Shown: piece by piece, positions 50,567 to 61,802 of the stretch
How positions within the stretch are numbered: the stretch's first letter is position 1
Layout of the letters: the number at the start of each line of letters is the position of its first letter
NCBI GenBank assembly: GCA_965140445.1
Contig: OZ223236.1
Coordinates: 1,888,001-1,952,000 of the forward strand
Direction of reading: 5' to 3'
From: Candidatus Ozemobacteraceae bacterium
GTDB taxonomy: Bacteria; Muiribacteriota; Ozemobacteria; Ozemobacterales; Ozemobacteraceae
Length of the DNA: 64,000 bases
Translations under genes and position numbers: made by a program
Notes under the pieces: model-generated
The model's database searches: none
What the model saw: only the letters and a program-made list of their open reading frames with translations
Told to the model about the DNA's origin: nothing

Positions 50567-51163
50567 TTATTTAAAAATTATAGGTACCAGATAAAAGGCT
50601 AGAAAATAGATTATAACAACCAGAATTGTAAGTAGATTGAAATACTTGTCAATGTAGGTTTTAACTGTTGGTCCAAATTTTTTGAATAAGATCCCCAGCA
50701 GAAAGAATCTTGTTCCTCTGCCAATGATAGAAGCTGCTACAAACGGTAGTAGGGAGATTTTTGATACGCCAGCCGTAATGGTGAAAACTTTATATGGGAT
50801 GGGAGTAAACGCAGCAGTGAAAATTATTAAGGTGGAGTTCGTCTCATAATCAGCACAAACTTTGTTAAATAGTTCTTCAGTGAAGCCTGGAATATATTTA
50901 AAAAAGTAAACTCCAACAACTTGCCAGAAAGCAAAACCAATAAGGTATCCGCCGAGAGCACCTGACACTGAACCAAATGTGCAGACTGTTGCATACCAGA
51001 GAGAACGACTGGAATTAGCCAATGCCAATGCTATTAAAAGGACATCCGGAGGAATTGGGAAAAAGCTGGATTCTGCAAATGCAAGGAGAAACAGTGCAAG
51101 ATTCGAGTATTTACTTTCGGCTAAAGATAATACCCATTGATAAAGCCTTTTCAAATAAGTCAT
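50567..51163 (-). CDS. DedA/YqaA family membrane protein
   Basis: FAESSFFPIPPD, FTPIPYKVFTITAG. Confidence 0.93.
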   Translation of the reverse strand: MTYLKRLYQWVLSLAESKYSNLALFLLAFAESSFFPIPPDVLLIALALANSSRSLWYATVCTFGSVSGALGGYLIGFAFWQVVGVYFFKYIPGFTEELFNKVCADYETNSTLIIFTAAFTPIPYKVFTITAGVSKISLLPFVAASIIGRGTRFFLLGILFKKFGPTVKTYIDKYFNLLTILVVIIYFLAFYLVPIIFK

Positions 51164-51252
51164 CTAGTATTGGTTGTCCTTTTATGTAATTAATTATAAT
51201 CTAGTTGAGACGATGAATCTTACACAACAGTAAGAGGCTTTGCAAGTAAAGA

Positions 51253-54150
51253 ATGTCTGAAACAAACAGCACTGAAAAAATTACTAAGTCAAATGCTTAC
51301 CGGACTTTTGTTCGGTATTTCACCTTTGCTATGCTTTTTGTTCTTCTACCTCTTGGGATATCAGGTTATCTAGCTATTTCTGCTATTCAGCTGGAAATGG
51401 AGAAGGAACAAAAAAATGTAGAAAATTCATTGGAAACCAGCTTGTTGGAAGTGCGGGCAAGTCTTGACGAAGAAGATTTTTTGAGAAAGCTGGGCAATTC
51501 CTTTTGGAAAAGAATTTCAACGGATTTAAATGGTAAGGATAATTATTTAAAAAATCTGGGATTGCTTAAATCTGCTGCAAAAGTAGATCTGGACGCATAT
51601 GTATTTGACAAGTCCGGAAAGCTGATTACTCCACGTAAAGTAAAGCTTCGATCCAGATTTCTGGCTTCAAAACTATGGGATATCGTTAATTCCTCCAAAA
51701 AAGCCGGGAACTTAAAGTTTCAAAAAATCAAAAAGCCAATAAAAACGTTTTTTGGAGACGATTTTCAGATTTCAAAGTTTCTTGAAAATCAGGGTCTTCT
51801 TTCTAGAGTTATTGCAAGGCATAAAGAAGGTTATGTTTTCTGGATAAAATCAAAAAGGCATGATAATTCCGGAATGATTTTGGTTTTCTGGGAAAAGCCA
51901 GATCCAAAGGATGTCTTAGATAGGGTTTTTTATAAAGGCCGATATAATGTTTTCCGGGCTGCCGCTCTAACAAATGAGGAGAAATTCTACGATGTTGGCC
52001 GTAACGCTGTAAACAGGGCAACAATAGATGAAGTCATACGTAAAGCCTCTATTTTTCAAAGACCATTTGAGGAATTAAACGGAATTGTCTGGAAAGCTGA
52101 GCAGCTTGATAATTCCTGGGTGGTTCTGGGCTCAAAATTTGACTCTGATTCATTTGAATCCGCCAGAATTTTTGTGCTTTTATCTATTTTTCTGTTATTT
52201 GGATTGTTCACGAGCATTTCAATTTATTTTCTAAAGAGCGAATCCATAAGGATTTCGATTCGCTGGAAACTTATTGCACTCTTTATGATTGCTGTTTTCA
52301 GCCCGATCGCGGGATTTTGCTTTCTAGGCTATAGATATCTTCAGGATAGGGAAACTACGCTTTTAACTCAGTCCAAAAATAAGAGTCGTAAACTATTGTT
52401 CACTCTGGATGAATTTTTCCAGAACCCAGATCGCATACTCAGTAAAGAGTTTCGTTCACTGAGAGATTTGTCGCTAAATGTATATAGCCCAGATGGACTA
52501 AAAAGTGAGTTGGAGAACCTTGTTGAATCAGGAGAACTAATCACTTATGAAATAAGGTCCACCAAAACCGGGGAGAAGGAATTCTCTGTTTCAGATGAGC
52601 TGTTTCTTGAAGGGATGAAAGAGGTATTTGATGCTTTTTCAAAATATTGCATAGATGAATCCCTGAAAACCAGATTGTCAGACAGTATTGACCCTATGAT
52701 CAATCTTTTTATTACTTCGCCGGAAGCGGGCATGTTCTTTCTGTTTGATCGGCCAGATAACGTTCATAAACTTGGTTTTGGACCTAGTCCAATTTTCGTA
52801 TATTGGGATCTTCTAAAGAAAGAATCCGGTGTTCTGGATTACTTTTTCGTAGCTCAATCCGCATCAAAAATGATTAAAGCTCAGGTCATGAAAAAAATGT
52901 TCGGCTTGTACAGGGACAAAATTTATGAACCATATACTTTGTTAGCAAAGCACAATAGCAGAGGAGAATGGTATCCTGCAAAGCCTGCAAATCAAAATGA
53001 AATCGAACTTTTTTCCCGGAGAGCTTTTGTCAGTGATAAGCCAATCGATTTTTATGTTGATGTTCAGGGAAAGTCTTATCTGGTAACTGGTCAGCGCGGT
53101 AAATACCTGAAGGATTACAGTCTGTTTGCATTTTTCCCTATTGAGCTAATACAAAAGGATTTGAAGAAGATTCGCCAGGTGATTGTTATAGGGATATTGC
53201 TTTTCCTTTCCGTTGCATTTTTGATGGGGCAAATCCTTTCTAATTCCTTTCTGATGCCAGTTTCCAATTTATCGTCAGGTGTTGAAGCGATTAAGAAGAG
53301 AGATTCAACGTTCCGAATTGCTCAAGGCCAGAAGGATGAGTTTGGGGATCTGGCAATCAGCTTTAACAATATGATAGAAGACCTCAAGGAAATGGCTGTT
53401 GCAAAAGATGTTCAGGAATCTCTTTTGCCTTCAGCTATTCCTGAAATTCCTGGGTATGATATTAGCTTTGAAAATAGAATGGCATCCGATCTTGGAGGAG
53501 ACTATTTTGATCTTCAAATCCTTGAATCAGGAAAACTTTTTATTCTAATTGGCGATGTAACCGGTCATGGGGTAAGCTCTGCTCTGGTTATGGCTATGGC
53601 TAAAGCAACTGTTTATCAGGGACTCAAAGAAGGGAAAGATCTTGTTGGTCTATTTACCGACTTGAATGCCGCAATTTATACTTATTTTAAAATTCCACCT
53701 GCCAGGAAGATGATAACCATGTTTGCTGCCATTCTTGATTTGCAGACTGGCGAGGTTGATTTTGTAAATGCGGGCCACAATTTCCCTGTTTGCCTCAAAG
53801 CAAATGGAGACATTGAAGACCTGGTAGCTATTCACTTGCCAATTGGCGCTGTAAAAAAAATGAGAGCATTTGGCATTTATAAGTTTAGACTGGATAAAGG
53901 CGATACAATTATTTTTTACACCGACGGAATCGTTGAAGCAAAAGGTCCAAGCGAAGAAATGTATTCGTATGAAAGATTTAAAGATATGATTAAGGGTTTT
54001 GTTGGTTTTAAAGCCAATGAGATTAAAAATTCGCTTTTTAAAGAGTATTGCAAATTTCTTGGTGGCTGTGAACCTGATGACGACGTGACTCTAATCGTTG
54101 TAAAAAGATTAATTGATGAATCAAACTCTTTTGATGATAACGGTTGTTAA
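51253..54150 (+). CDS. Membrane sensor HAMP-PP2C (SpoIIE-type) Ser/Thr phosphatase
   Basis: Multiple TM segments, HAMP (DEFGDLAISFNNM), GGDYFD, GDVTGHG, NAGH, YTDG, DDVT. Confidence 0.92.
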   Translation: MSETNSTEKITKSNAYRTFVRYFTFAMLFVLLPLGISGYLAISAIQLEMEKEQKNVENSLETSLLEVRASLDEEDFLRKLGNSFWKRISTDLNGKDNYLKNLGLLKSAAKVDLDAYVFDKSGKLITPRKVKLRSRFLASKLWDIVNSSKKAGNLKFQKIKKPIKTFFGDDFQISKFLENQGLLSRVIARHKEGYVFWIKSKRHDNSGMILVFWEKPDPKDVLDRVFYKGRYNVFRAAALTNEEKFYDVGRNAVNRATIDEVIRKASIFQRPFEELNGIVWKAEQLDNSWVVLGSKFDSDSFESARIFVLLSIFLLFGLFTSISIYFLKSESIRISIRWKLIALFMIAVFSPIAGFCFLGYRYLQDRETTLLTQSKNKSRKLLFTLDEFFQNPDRILSKEFRSLRDLSLNVYSPDGLKSELENLVESGELITYEIRSTKTGEKEFSVSDELFLEGMKEVFDAFSKYCIDESLKTRLSDSIDPMINLFITSPEAGMFFLFDRPDNVHKLGFGPSPIFVYWDLLKKESGVLDYFFVAQSASKMIKAQVMKKMFGLYRDKIYEPYTLLAKHNSRGEWYPAKPANQNEIELFSRRAFVSDKPIDFYVDVQGKSYLVTGQRGKYLKDYSLFAFFPIELIQKDLKKIRQVIVIGILLFLSVAFLMGQILSNSFLMPVSNLSSGVEAIKKRDSTFRIAQGQKDEFGDLAISFNNMIEDLKEMAVAKDVQESLLPSAIPEIPGYDISFENRMASDLGGDYFDLQILESGKLFILIGDVTGHGVSSALVMAMAKATVYQGLKEGKDLVGLFTDLNAAIYTYFKIPPARKMITMFAAILDLQTGEVDFVNAGHNFPVCLKANGDIEDLVAIHLPIGAVKKMRAFGIYKFRLDKGDTIIFYTDGIVEAKGPSEEMYSYERFKDMIKGFVGFKANEIKNSLFKEYCKFLGGCEPDDDVTLIVVKRLIDESNSFDDNGC

Positions 54151-56964
54151 ATCATCTTCAAGCTCAGAACTTTGGGTGTGATTAAAAAATTCATCGACCA
54201 AAGCTTCTCGTATCTTTTGGGGCTCTTTTTCAATGTTTTTACAGACCATTTTTGCAATGGTATCAAACCCAAGAATTTCACCTGTGGGACTCGCTGCTTC
54301 AGCAATGCCATCTGTATAAAGAATCAGGACGTCTCCTTGTTTAAAATTCCCTTTTGTAACTGTATAAACACTTCTTTTCTTGGAAACTCCCAATGGGAGA
54401 GATTCGTGCTCAATAGGTTTAAACTGATTGTCTGTGGAGCACAAAAAGGGGAATGGATGTCCTGCATTTGAAAGATAAAATTCATTGTTCGCCGGGTCAA
54501 GAATTACAGCACAGAATGTCATTAATTTCCTGTGCTTTAAAAGATCAAATATCATATGGCTGATTGCTTTTAGAGTCGTTGGTAAATCCGGGCTTTTTCG
54601 GGAAAATTTAAAAACCATTGCCTTTACCATTGCTGTTAAAATAGATGAACTAACGCCGTGTCCTGTAACATCACCCAATACAAGAAGGTATTTTTTGTCA
54701 GGTAATTCAAAAAAATCAGCGTAATCTCCGCCAACATCAGTTGCCATATGGTTGAAAAGATCTATCTGATAACCTTCAACTTCAGGGAGACTTTGTGGAA
54801 TTAAGCATTGCTGAACGGCTGCTGCTAATAGCATTTCTTTTACTTCTTCCATCATCTGATTGAATGTCTGTCCAAGTTCCCCTAACTCGTCTTTGTTCTC
54901 AATATGAACTCTGTGGTCAGAGTCTCGTCTTCGGAGGGCTTCTAAACCTGTTTGAAGCTCAGCAATTGGCATCAAAAATGTTTCGGTAAGTAGCAAACCA
55001 GTTAAAATTGAAAAACATAGTATCAGGATTGCTCCTACTCCGATTTGATTCCTCAGCTTGAAAATTTGCCCGCTGATTTCTTCAACCGGAAATAAGCAGA
55101 CAAGATAAACGTCACGCAGCTTTATTCCTGGAAAACATGTGGCCAGATAAAGGTCATTTTGATAAGGAATTGTTGAAGAAACAATTCTTGTTTCCATCTT
55201 GCTGGCGGAAACCATTTTTTCAATCTGATCACTAATTTCTATGGATTCGGGTGTCCACTTTTTGTAAAAAGAGGAGTAGGCAAATATTCTTAAAGCCGCA
55301 TTTCCCAGGGAAAATCGCTCTTTTAAGGAATCTTCAATGTACTCCATTGCATTGTAAGTCGCGCGGGTATTGCCGCCAAAGTAGGCAACTCCATTAACCG
55401 GAGGGGAATAATAGTTCCAATACCAGTATAAGTCGGCTCCTTCGAACTCCATTTGCACTAGCTTCCCAGGCACTTCAAAAAAATGAGTAAACCCAATTAC
55501 AGGGTTTTCCATAAAACTACGCATTATAATTTCGGCCTGAGAGGTATTCAGTTTTTTTCTGTCTATAACTTCAGGGCAAAACTTTTCAAGACATATTTGT
55601 GCCATTGATTTATTAATGTGCATGAATCTTACGTCTGAGCTACCTCTGGAGCTGCTGAATATCTGCTCCAAACTTGGGCCTCTTATGTTTAACCAGTTGA
55701 AAAATTTAGATTCTTTATCGACTCCAATGATTTCTTTTATCTTGGAATCAAATCCGGTCCAGTTATTAGTGTTCTTGCCCTGCCAACTTCTGTCATTGAA
55801 TAGCTTTTCAAAACTATGCAGGATTTCATTTTCTTTCTTGGAAAAGTCAGAGTCTATTTTATAAAGCAGATCTTTAATTGATTTAAGCGCATCGTTTTCC
55901 AGAACCTGCCTTCTATTTTCCAACCCCATTGTGCTCAAGAGATAGAGGCCTGCAAGTGGGAAATAAACTGTGAAAATGAAGATTGCCACCAGCTTATAGC
56001 GTATGGAAATCCATATTCCGGATTTCATGAAAATTATTCGGAAAAGTATAAAAGCTAAAACAATCGCGAGGATTGAAGAAAAAAGCAAAATTCCCTTTTT
56101 TAAATTCTCTCTTAATAAAAAGTCGAACTTTTCCCCAATAACAAGCGTTAGGGTGTCGGTTTTTCTTTTCGCCCATACCATATCATTAAATAGTAATGTT
56201 TCAGAATTTTCTGAAGTCATTTTCTGGATCAGGCTTTCTGGATCGGTATTCTGATCTATTGGGAAGATTTTGTATCCTGTATTTTTTGAATGATAGGCAA
56301 TTGTGGGAAGCTTATAGCCATAGTTTTTTTCATAGCTTGGAATAAGATTTTCCGCAGGAATAACCTTATTAGAAAATATTAAAACGCCTGCCAGAGAATT
56401 TGGGTCTTCCATGGAGTAAAGCAAATTTTGCTTGTTACTTTTCCAACTGCTTATGACTTTCTTTGAAGTATTTCTAAAAGTTTGAGGGTGGAATCTTTTT
56501 CCCATAACTTTGGCAATTGCCGCACGCATGGCTTTGTAATTGGATTCTTCGTAAACCTCAAACTTATATTCCCAGAGATAGATAAAGACTTCTAATAAAT
56601 CCGGACTTACTCCGTTGTGAAATAATATCTCTCCGGAATCATCAAAAATGGCGAACTCAAATTTTGTTTCATATTTTGCGCATACGGAATCATATGCTTT
56701 AAAAATTTCATCTTTGTTTTTAAAATTGGACGCTGAAGCTGTGGCGCTAAACTCATTATATGGCTTTTCATTAAAACTTGCTGGCTCAAGATCAGTCAGA
56801 ATGTTTTGATTTTGGTTTAGTAGTTTTTTTCCGAGAAGTTCAATCTCATGTTTTTCAGAATCATCTAGTATTTGAAAAGCTACAAGAAGGCTTATAGAAA
56901 GAGGCAACAGAATAAATAAAATTAGAAAAAAAACAAAACTGTAAAATTGAGTCCTGTTTTTCAA
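54121..56964 (-). CDS. Membrane sensor HAMP-PP2C (SpoIIE-type) Ser/Thr phosphatase, paralog
   Basis: HAMP (DELGELGQTFNQM), GGDYAD, GDVTGHG, NAGH, YTDG, DDLT; TTG start. Confidence 0.92.
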   Translation of the reverse strand: MKNRTQFYSFVFFLILFILLPLSISLLVAFQILDDSEKHEIELLGKKLLNQNQNILTDLEPASFNEKPYNEFSATASASNFKNKDEIFKAYDSVCAKYETKFEFAIFDDSGEILFHNGVSPDLLEVFIYLWEYKFEVYEESNYKAMRAAIAKVMGKRFHPQTFRNTSKKVISSWKSNKQNLLYSMEDPNSLAGVLIFSNKVIPAENLIPSYEKNYGYKLPTIAYHSKNTGYKIFPIDQNTDPESLIQKMTSENSETLLFNDMVWAKRKTDTLTLVIGEKFDFLLRENLKKGILLFSSILAIVLAFILFRIIFMKSGIWISIRYKLVAIFIFTVYFPLAGLYLLSTMGLENRRQVLENDALKSIKDLLYKIDSDFSKKENEILHSFEKLFNDRSWQGKNTNNWTGFDSKIKEIIGVDKESKFFNWLNIRGPSLEQIFSSSRGSSDVRFMHINKSMAQICLEKFCPEVIDRKKLNTSQAEIIMRSFMENPVIGFTHFFEVPGKLVQMEFEGADLYWYWNYYSPPVNGVAYFGGNTRATYNAMEYIEDSLKERFSLGNAALRIFAYSSFYKKWTPESIEISDQIEKMVSASKMETRIVSSTIPYQNDLYLATCFPGIKLRDVYLVCLFPVEEISGQIFKLRNQIGVGAILILCFSILTGLLLTETFLMPIAELQTGLEALRRRDSDHRVHIENKDELGELGQTFNQMMEEVKEMLLAAAVQQCLIPQSLPEVEGYQIDLFNHMATDVGGDYADFFELPDKKYLLVLGDVTGHGVSSSILTAMVKAMVFKFSRKSPDLPTTLKAISHMIFDLLKHRKLMTFCAVILDPANNEFYLSNAGHPFPFLCSTDNQFKPIEHESLPLGVSKKRSVYTVTKGNFKQGDVLILYTDGIAEAASPTGEILGFDTIAKMVCKNIEKEPQKIREALVDEFFNHTQSSELEDDLTTVIIKRV

Positions 56965-56983
56965 AAAAAATGCCCCTTCTAAT

Positions 56984-57019
56984 AAATGTCCGAGCTGCTT
57001 TTATGCAGCTCGGACATTT
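56984..57019 (-). terminator. Intrinsic terminator downstream of recA
   Basis: 15-bp perfect stem AAATGTCCGAGCTGC-ttttat-GCAGCTCGGACATTT. Confidence 0.85.
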
Positions 57020-57028
57020 TGTTAAACG

Positions 57029-58093
57029 TTATTTTTTTGTGGTTTTTTTCTTTTCTTCTGGAGCTTCTTCAGCTTTAGCGGCGGCTGCAGGAAGCATTCC
57101 CAGTGCGGTTTTTACTTTAAGAATTATTTCACCAAAAATATCTGGGTTATCCTTAAGGAACTGCTTGGTGTTTTCTCTTCCCTGGCCCATTCTTACATCA
57201 CCGTAAGAATACCATGAACCAGCTTTATTAATTATTGAAGCTTTTTCTGCTAGCTCAAGAACTTCGCCCTCAGTGGAGATTCCTTCACCAAAAGTCATGT
57301 CGAATCTAGCTTTTTTAAATGGAGGAGCAACTTTATTTTTTACAACCTTCACTTCAGTAACATAACCCACAGGATTGTCACCATCTTTAATCTGGTCTTT
57401 TCTTCTGATGTCCAATCTTACTGAAGAAAAGAATTTTAGAGCGCGTCCACCAGGAGTGGTTTCTGGATTTCCAAACATAACACCAATTTTTTCACGAATC
57501 TGATTGATGAAAATACATACACATCTGGACTTGCTTATAACTGGTGTAAGCTTTCTCATTGCCTGGGACATAAGTCTGGCTTGAACTCCAACTGAAGCAT
57601 CACCCATGTCTCCATCAATTTCAGATTTGCTTGTCAAAGCTGCAACAGAATCTAATACGATACAATCAATTGCATTACTTCTAACCAGCATTTCAGTAAT
57701 CTCAAGAGCTTCTTCGCCACTGCTGGGCTGAGCAATTAAAAGATTTTCTGTGTCTACGCCCAGTTTTTTTGCATAAGAAGGATCAAGAGCATGTTCAACA
57801 TCTATGAATGCTGCCTGACCACCCATTTTTTGTGCCTGAGCAATTACGTGAAGGGTAAGGGTTGTTTTACCAGATGATTCTGGGCCATAAACTTCTATAA
57901 CACGTCCGCGTGGAAGTCCATTTACTCCGAGAGCATAATCAAGGGCTAAAGATCCGGTTGGAATTGCCTCAACATGAAGGTGTTTTGAACTGCCAAGGCG
58001 CATTACCGCACCTTTACCGTATTGTTTCTCAATATTAGAAATCGCCATTTCAAGGGATTTTTGTTTTTCTGATGTTTGTTTTGGGTCAGCCAC
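57029..58093 (-). CDS. recA: Recombinase A
   Basis: [36 protein letters not shown] start at 58093 with AGGAGG SD. Confidence 0.99.
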   Translation of the reverse strand: MADPKQTSEKQKSLEMAISNIEKQYGKGAVMRLGSSKHLHVEAIPTGSLALDYALGVNGLPRGRVIEVYGPESSGKTTLTLHVIAQAQKMGGQAAFIDVEHALDPSYAKKLGVDTENLLIAQPSSGEEALEITEMLVRSNAIDCIVLDSVAALTSKSEIDGDMGDASVGVQARLMSQAMRKLTPVISKSRCVCIFINQIREKIGVMFGNPETTPGGRALKFFSSVRLDIRRKDQIKDGDNPVGYVTEVKVVKNKVAPPFKKARFDMTFGEGISTEGEVLELAEKASIINKAGSWYSYGDVRMGQGRENTKQFLKDNPDIFGEIILKVKTALGMLPAAAAKAEEAPEEKKKTTKK

Positions 58094-58121
58094 TAGTATG
58101 TGCCTCCTGAATTTTTTTGAT

Positions 58122-58150
58122 AGAATAGCATAATAAAGAATCAAATACAA
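58122..58150 (-). promoter_or_regulatory. recA promoter
   Basis: TTGTAT-17 bp-TATTCT with extended TGn. Confidence 0.55.
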
Positions 58151-58188
58151 AAAATGTGGGCTTTGGAAATGCTGTCTAATAAAGGAAC

Positions 58189-59361
58189 TTGGTGATGAAT
58201 GAAAAAAAATATTCGGATGTAAAAATTTTGGGAATGATGAGTGGTACCAGCGGTGACGGCATAGATGGTGCGCTGGTAAAATTCACATCCGAGGAGCATT
58301 TTAAATTAATCTGGCACAAGCATTTTCCCTTTTCTGAAGCGGAAAGAAAACACATATTAAATCTCCAGGAAAACCCGGATATTAAACAAATTGTATTGGG
58401 TAATAGTTTTATTGCAAAACTTTACGCTGAAGCCTTTAATAGCTTTATTGAGACTGATTCTGATAGACCAGATTTTATCGCTGCCCACGGACAAACGATA
58501 GCGCATTTTCCCGATCCTGAAAATGTATGTGGAAGAAAAGTTTCAGGAACTCTTCAATTGCTGGATGGATGTGGTCTTGCTGAGTATTGTAATGTTGGGG
58601 TTATTTCAAACTTTAGGGCTAGAGATATGGCACTGGGAGGGCAGGGTGCTCCGCTGGTTCCTTTTGCTGATAAGCTCTTTTTTTCCAGAAATTTTACCGA
58701 GTTAGCTGTCATAGTTAACCTTGGTGGCATTGCAAACATTACGGTTCTGGAAAAAGAAATGGGAAAAGTTTCCGTTAAGAGTGCTTACGATGTGGGACCA
58801 GCAAATATGCTTATGGATAATTATATTCAAAGGATAAGCAATGGAGAGTCCAGATATGATAAAGGCGGGAAAATGGCATCCAGTGGAATTGCAAATCAGG
58901 AATTGGTAAGACTTGCTTTATCTAATCCTTTCTTTTCCAGAAAGCCACCAAAGTCAACTGGTAGAGAACTTTTTGGCGACGAATTTCTTGATAGTATTTT
59001 ACAAAAGTTCAATCTTGAAACTCCTGAAAATATTATGGCAAGTTTATTGGAAATAACAGCGCAGAGCTTATTGAACGCAATTGATCAAGAATCCCAAGAT
59101 GAGAAAAAAATTGATTTGATCGCAATTGCTGGTGGAGGAGCGCTGAACGATTGTCTGGTAAATCGTTTAAAACACGCCTTAGCTGAAAAAGTTAAAATTG
59201 TTCTTTCGGATGAGCTTGGAATCCCGGTAATGGCAAGGGAAGCAATGGCTTTTGCTGCTCTGGGTTATGCTTTTGTTAATCAGATGCCATCTAATGTAAT
59301 AGCTGCTACTGGAGCTGATAAAGAGGTTGTTTTAGGGGAATGGCACCCTGCTTATAAATAG
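58189..59361 (+). CDS. anmK: Anhydro-N-acetylmuramic acid kinase
   Basis: [51 protein letters not shown]. Confidence 0.96.
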   Translation: MVMNEKKYSDVKILGMMSGTSGDGIDGALVKFTSEEHFKLIWHKHFPFSEAERKHILNLQENPDIKQIVLGNSFIAKLYAEAFNSFIETDSDRPDFIAAHGQTIAHFPDPENVCGRKVSGTLQLLDGCGLAEYCNVGVISNFRARDMALGGQGAPLVPFADKLFFSRNFTELAVIVNLGGIANITVLEKEMGKVSVKSAYDVGPANMLMDNYIQRISNGESRYDKGGKMASSGIANQELVRLALSNPFFSRKPPKSTGRELFGDEFLDSILQKFNLETPENIMASLLEITAQSLLNAIDQESQDEKKIDLIAIAGGGALNDCLVNRLKHALAEKVKIVLSDELGIPVMAREAMAFAALGYAFVNQMPSNVIAATGADKEVVLGEWHPAYK

Positions 59362-59363
59362 GG

Positions 59364-60653
59364 TTATCGTAAGAAATCAACCTGCATAATTCTGCAGGTA
59401 ATGTTCTCGAATTCATTTAGAGTTATATCGCTTGGAACTTCTATGGATAGAGTTTTTTCCTGCTGCTCGAAGAGACGACCACTCCTGATTAATTTAGTTA
59501 AGAAGCTCTTTTCTGTCCCGTTTAAGTATTGAATATCGATTTTTGCAATTGCCTGTTTAATTTGAAGTTTGGTCAGATTTTTACAATAAACACGCAATTC
59601 TTTTTGACTGAGTTTTGGGTCTATTTCCAATTTAAGGATCTTTTGAACTGTTCTATCAAGGATATCGTTCCAAAGCAATTTAACAGGGGAATCAATGGCA
59701 AAGCTCTTAATGTATTGTTTGTGAAGTTCAATTACTTCAGGATAGAATCCTCGGTTTTCCATTACCATTGCCACTGGAATAAGCCACTGCGGGGAAGTAG
59801 TTCGGAAAAACTCTGACAGACAATCACCTAGAATGACTGGCTCAGTATCTCTCATTTCAGCTTGTTTTATCAAATTTGGCAAACTGAATCTACTGGCTTG
59901 AGATGCCAGAGAATTGTCGTAAGCTTCCGCTGATGGTTTTATTTTCATGGCCAGATCTACCCAATCCTGCAGGGTAATAGAAAAAATTGGATCGTTATAG
60001 GAAAACTCAAAATATCCAGGTCCGTTGGTGCGAAAAACTCTCCCTAAATAACCCTTATTGCCTGGAGTAGGGAAAATGAATCCTCGATTATGCGCGTCCC
60101 ATCGGGCTTCAAAAATTTTGCCGTTTATCCCCTCATTTGCAAAAAGGTGCGCTTTAAAGGTCAGGCGAATAGGGTGCCAGGTCGCTCTCAAAACAGTTTG
60201 CATGAACTTTAACATTGAGGTTGGTAGAAAAAATCTTACAAGTCCGGTTGGAGAATACTTCAGTTTTTTAGGATTATCCAGTGCAGCAATTTCAATTGAC
60301 CTTGAAACTCTTCTCGGCTCAGGCCGGAATTCACATGAGTTGTCGTTAACTCTTACAGGGGTATAAGATTCTGGAATTCTGAAAGTGACACCATTAATAT
60401 TTACTTTGTAAGTTGGGGGAACTAATTTTGATCTCACCAGGCTTATATTGTCTGGAGGCGAAAGAAAAAGCTCACGAGGGATTTTTAAATTCTCAACCAG
60501 ATGGTTTCTGACAACAATTGGCAAAATAATAAACAGAAGAAAAGGGACAAACAAAACAACTGCTATAATCAAGCCCTTTTGCAAGGGAGTAAAGCTGTCT
60601 TCCTCATTGGGCTGCCATTGCTTTTTTGTTTTTGCGGGCTTGCTCTCAGACAT
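59364..60653 (-). CDS. Hypothetical single-pass membrane protein
   Basis: 429-aa ORF, N-terminal TM helix, translationally coupled to the upstream TPR gene. Confidence 0.7.
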   Translation of the reverse strand: MSESKPAKTKKQWQPNEEDSFTPLQKGLIIAVVLFVPFLLFIILPIVVRNHLVENLKIPRELFLSPPDNISLVRSKLVPPTYKVNINGVTFRIPESYTPVRVNDNSCEFRPEPRRVSRSIEIAALDNPKKLKYSPTGLVRFFLPTSMLKFMQTVLRATWHPIRLTFKAHLFANEGINGKIFEARWDAHNRGFIFPTPGNKGYLGRVFRTNGPGYFEFSYNDPIFSITLQDWVDLAMKIKPSAEAYDNSLASQASRFSLPNLIKQAEMRDTEPVILGDCLSEFFRTTSPQWLIPVAMVMENRGFYPEVIELHKQYIKSFAIDSPVKLLWNDILDRTVQKILKLEIDPKLSQKELRVYCKNLTKLQIKQAIAKIDIQYLNGTEKSFLTKLIRSGRLFEQQEKTLSIEVPSDITLNEFENITCRIMQVDFLR

Positions 60654-61795
60654 TACAAACCATCTGCTTCTTCTGGTGTTTCTTCAAGGTCCTGAAGATT
60701 AGAATTTACGTTTTCAATTATATTGGAGTTTGGAAACTCTTCTTTTATCTGATTGTAAGTAGCCACAGCTTCTTCTATCTTGTTAAGAGCTGTTAATGAT
60801 TCTGCTTTTATGAAAAGAAATTTATCACGTAATTTTGATTTTGAGTTTGCGGAAGGGTGCTTTTCCAGCATTTCCAATGCCGTTTCCCAGTTGTTGCAGT
60901 TTATTTGATTGTAAACGTCAATCAATAAAGAAAGAGCTTCTGGATTTTCGAGATTATCAGAAATCAGTTCTATTTCCTTTTGAGCATTATCTGTTCTTTG
61001 ATTTTGCTCAAATTCCAGAACGATTTTTTCATAATATTTTAAAGCGCTTTTAAAATCTTTCGAGAATTTTTTTGATTCAGCTTCTAGAAAAATTGCTTCA
61101 ATTGCTGCTTCTTCTGTTATATCACCAGTTGAAGAGGCGATTGCCTGCTCAGCAAAATTAAAAGCTTCAAAATACTTACCTTCATTAAAAGCCAGGCTGG
61201 CTTTATTTAAGAGAACATTGAAGTGACTATCTTCAGTAAACTTTTCTTCGCCTTCTACAAGATTTTCGCCAGAAATACGATAGAATCTCATTCTATAAAG
61301 ATCCGGAGGACCGTAATCGAAATAGGAGATCATATATTTGGCACACAGAGATTGTTCTGAATTTGTGGTAGCGATAATGACTCTTCTGCATATTAAAGGA
61401 TTCGCATCCTGCAAATCGGCAGGGAAAATCCGTTTTATTTCATTTTTTGCGCTATAAATTACAGGAATACAATCAATTCCGTCAGGATGCTTAAAAACAG
61501 CGATAATTTCCGGAATGTTGTCTGAGTCTAGATCTGCTTTCAACAGAGAATGGGGAACATATCCATCGAAAGTATCTAAAACTTCCCTCAGACCTCCAGC
61601 CTTTTCGAGGAGTGTTTGAGAGGATTCAACTACTCCATCTTCGCTCAAAACAATTTTGAAGAGTCCTTTGCCCTGAAGCTCTGTGGACAATTCTCTTTTT
61701 TCCTGTCCTGAAAGAATTTGTGAAAAAAGGCAAAATCCTGCCAGAATTAACAAAACTGGCAGTTTGTAGTTTGTCTTTTTTAAAATCTTTGTCAT
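60653..61795 (-). CDS. Exported tetratricopeptide-repeat protein
   Basis: Signal peptide, DLDSDNIPE loop, TPR helices (ALKYYEKIV, AVATYNQIKEEFPNS). Confidence 0.8.
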   Translation of the reverse strand: MTKILKKTNYKLPVLLILAGFCLFSQILSGQEKRELSTELQGKGLFKIVLSEDGVVESSQTLLEKAGGLREVLDTFDGYVPHSLLKADLDSDNIPEIIAVFKHPDGIDCIPVIYSAKNEIKRIFPADLQDANPLICRRVIIATTNSEQSLCAKYMISYFDYGPPDLYRMRFYRISGENLVEGEEKFTEDSHFNVLLNKASLAFNEGKYFEAFNFAEQAIASSTGDITEEAAIEAIFLEAESKKFSKDFKSALKYYEKIVLEFEQNQRTDNAQKEIELISDNLENPEALSLLIDVYNQINCNNWETALEMLEKHPSANSKSKLRDKFLFIKAESLTALNKIEEAVATYNQIKEEFPNSNIIENVNSNLQDLEETPEEADGL

Positions 61796-61802
61796 TAAGA
61801 GC

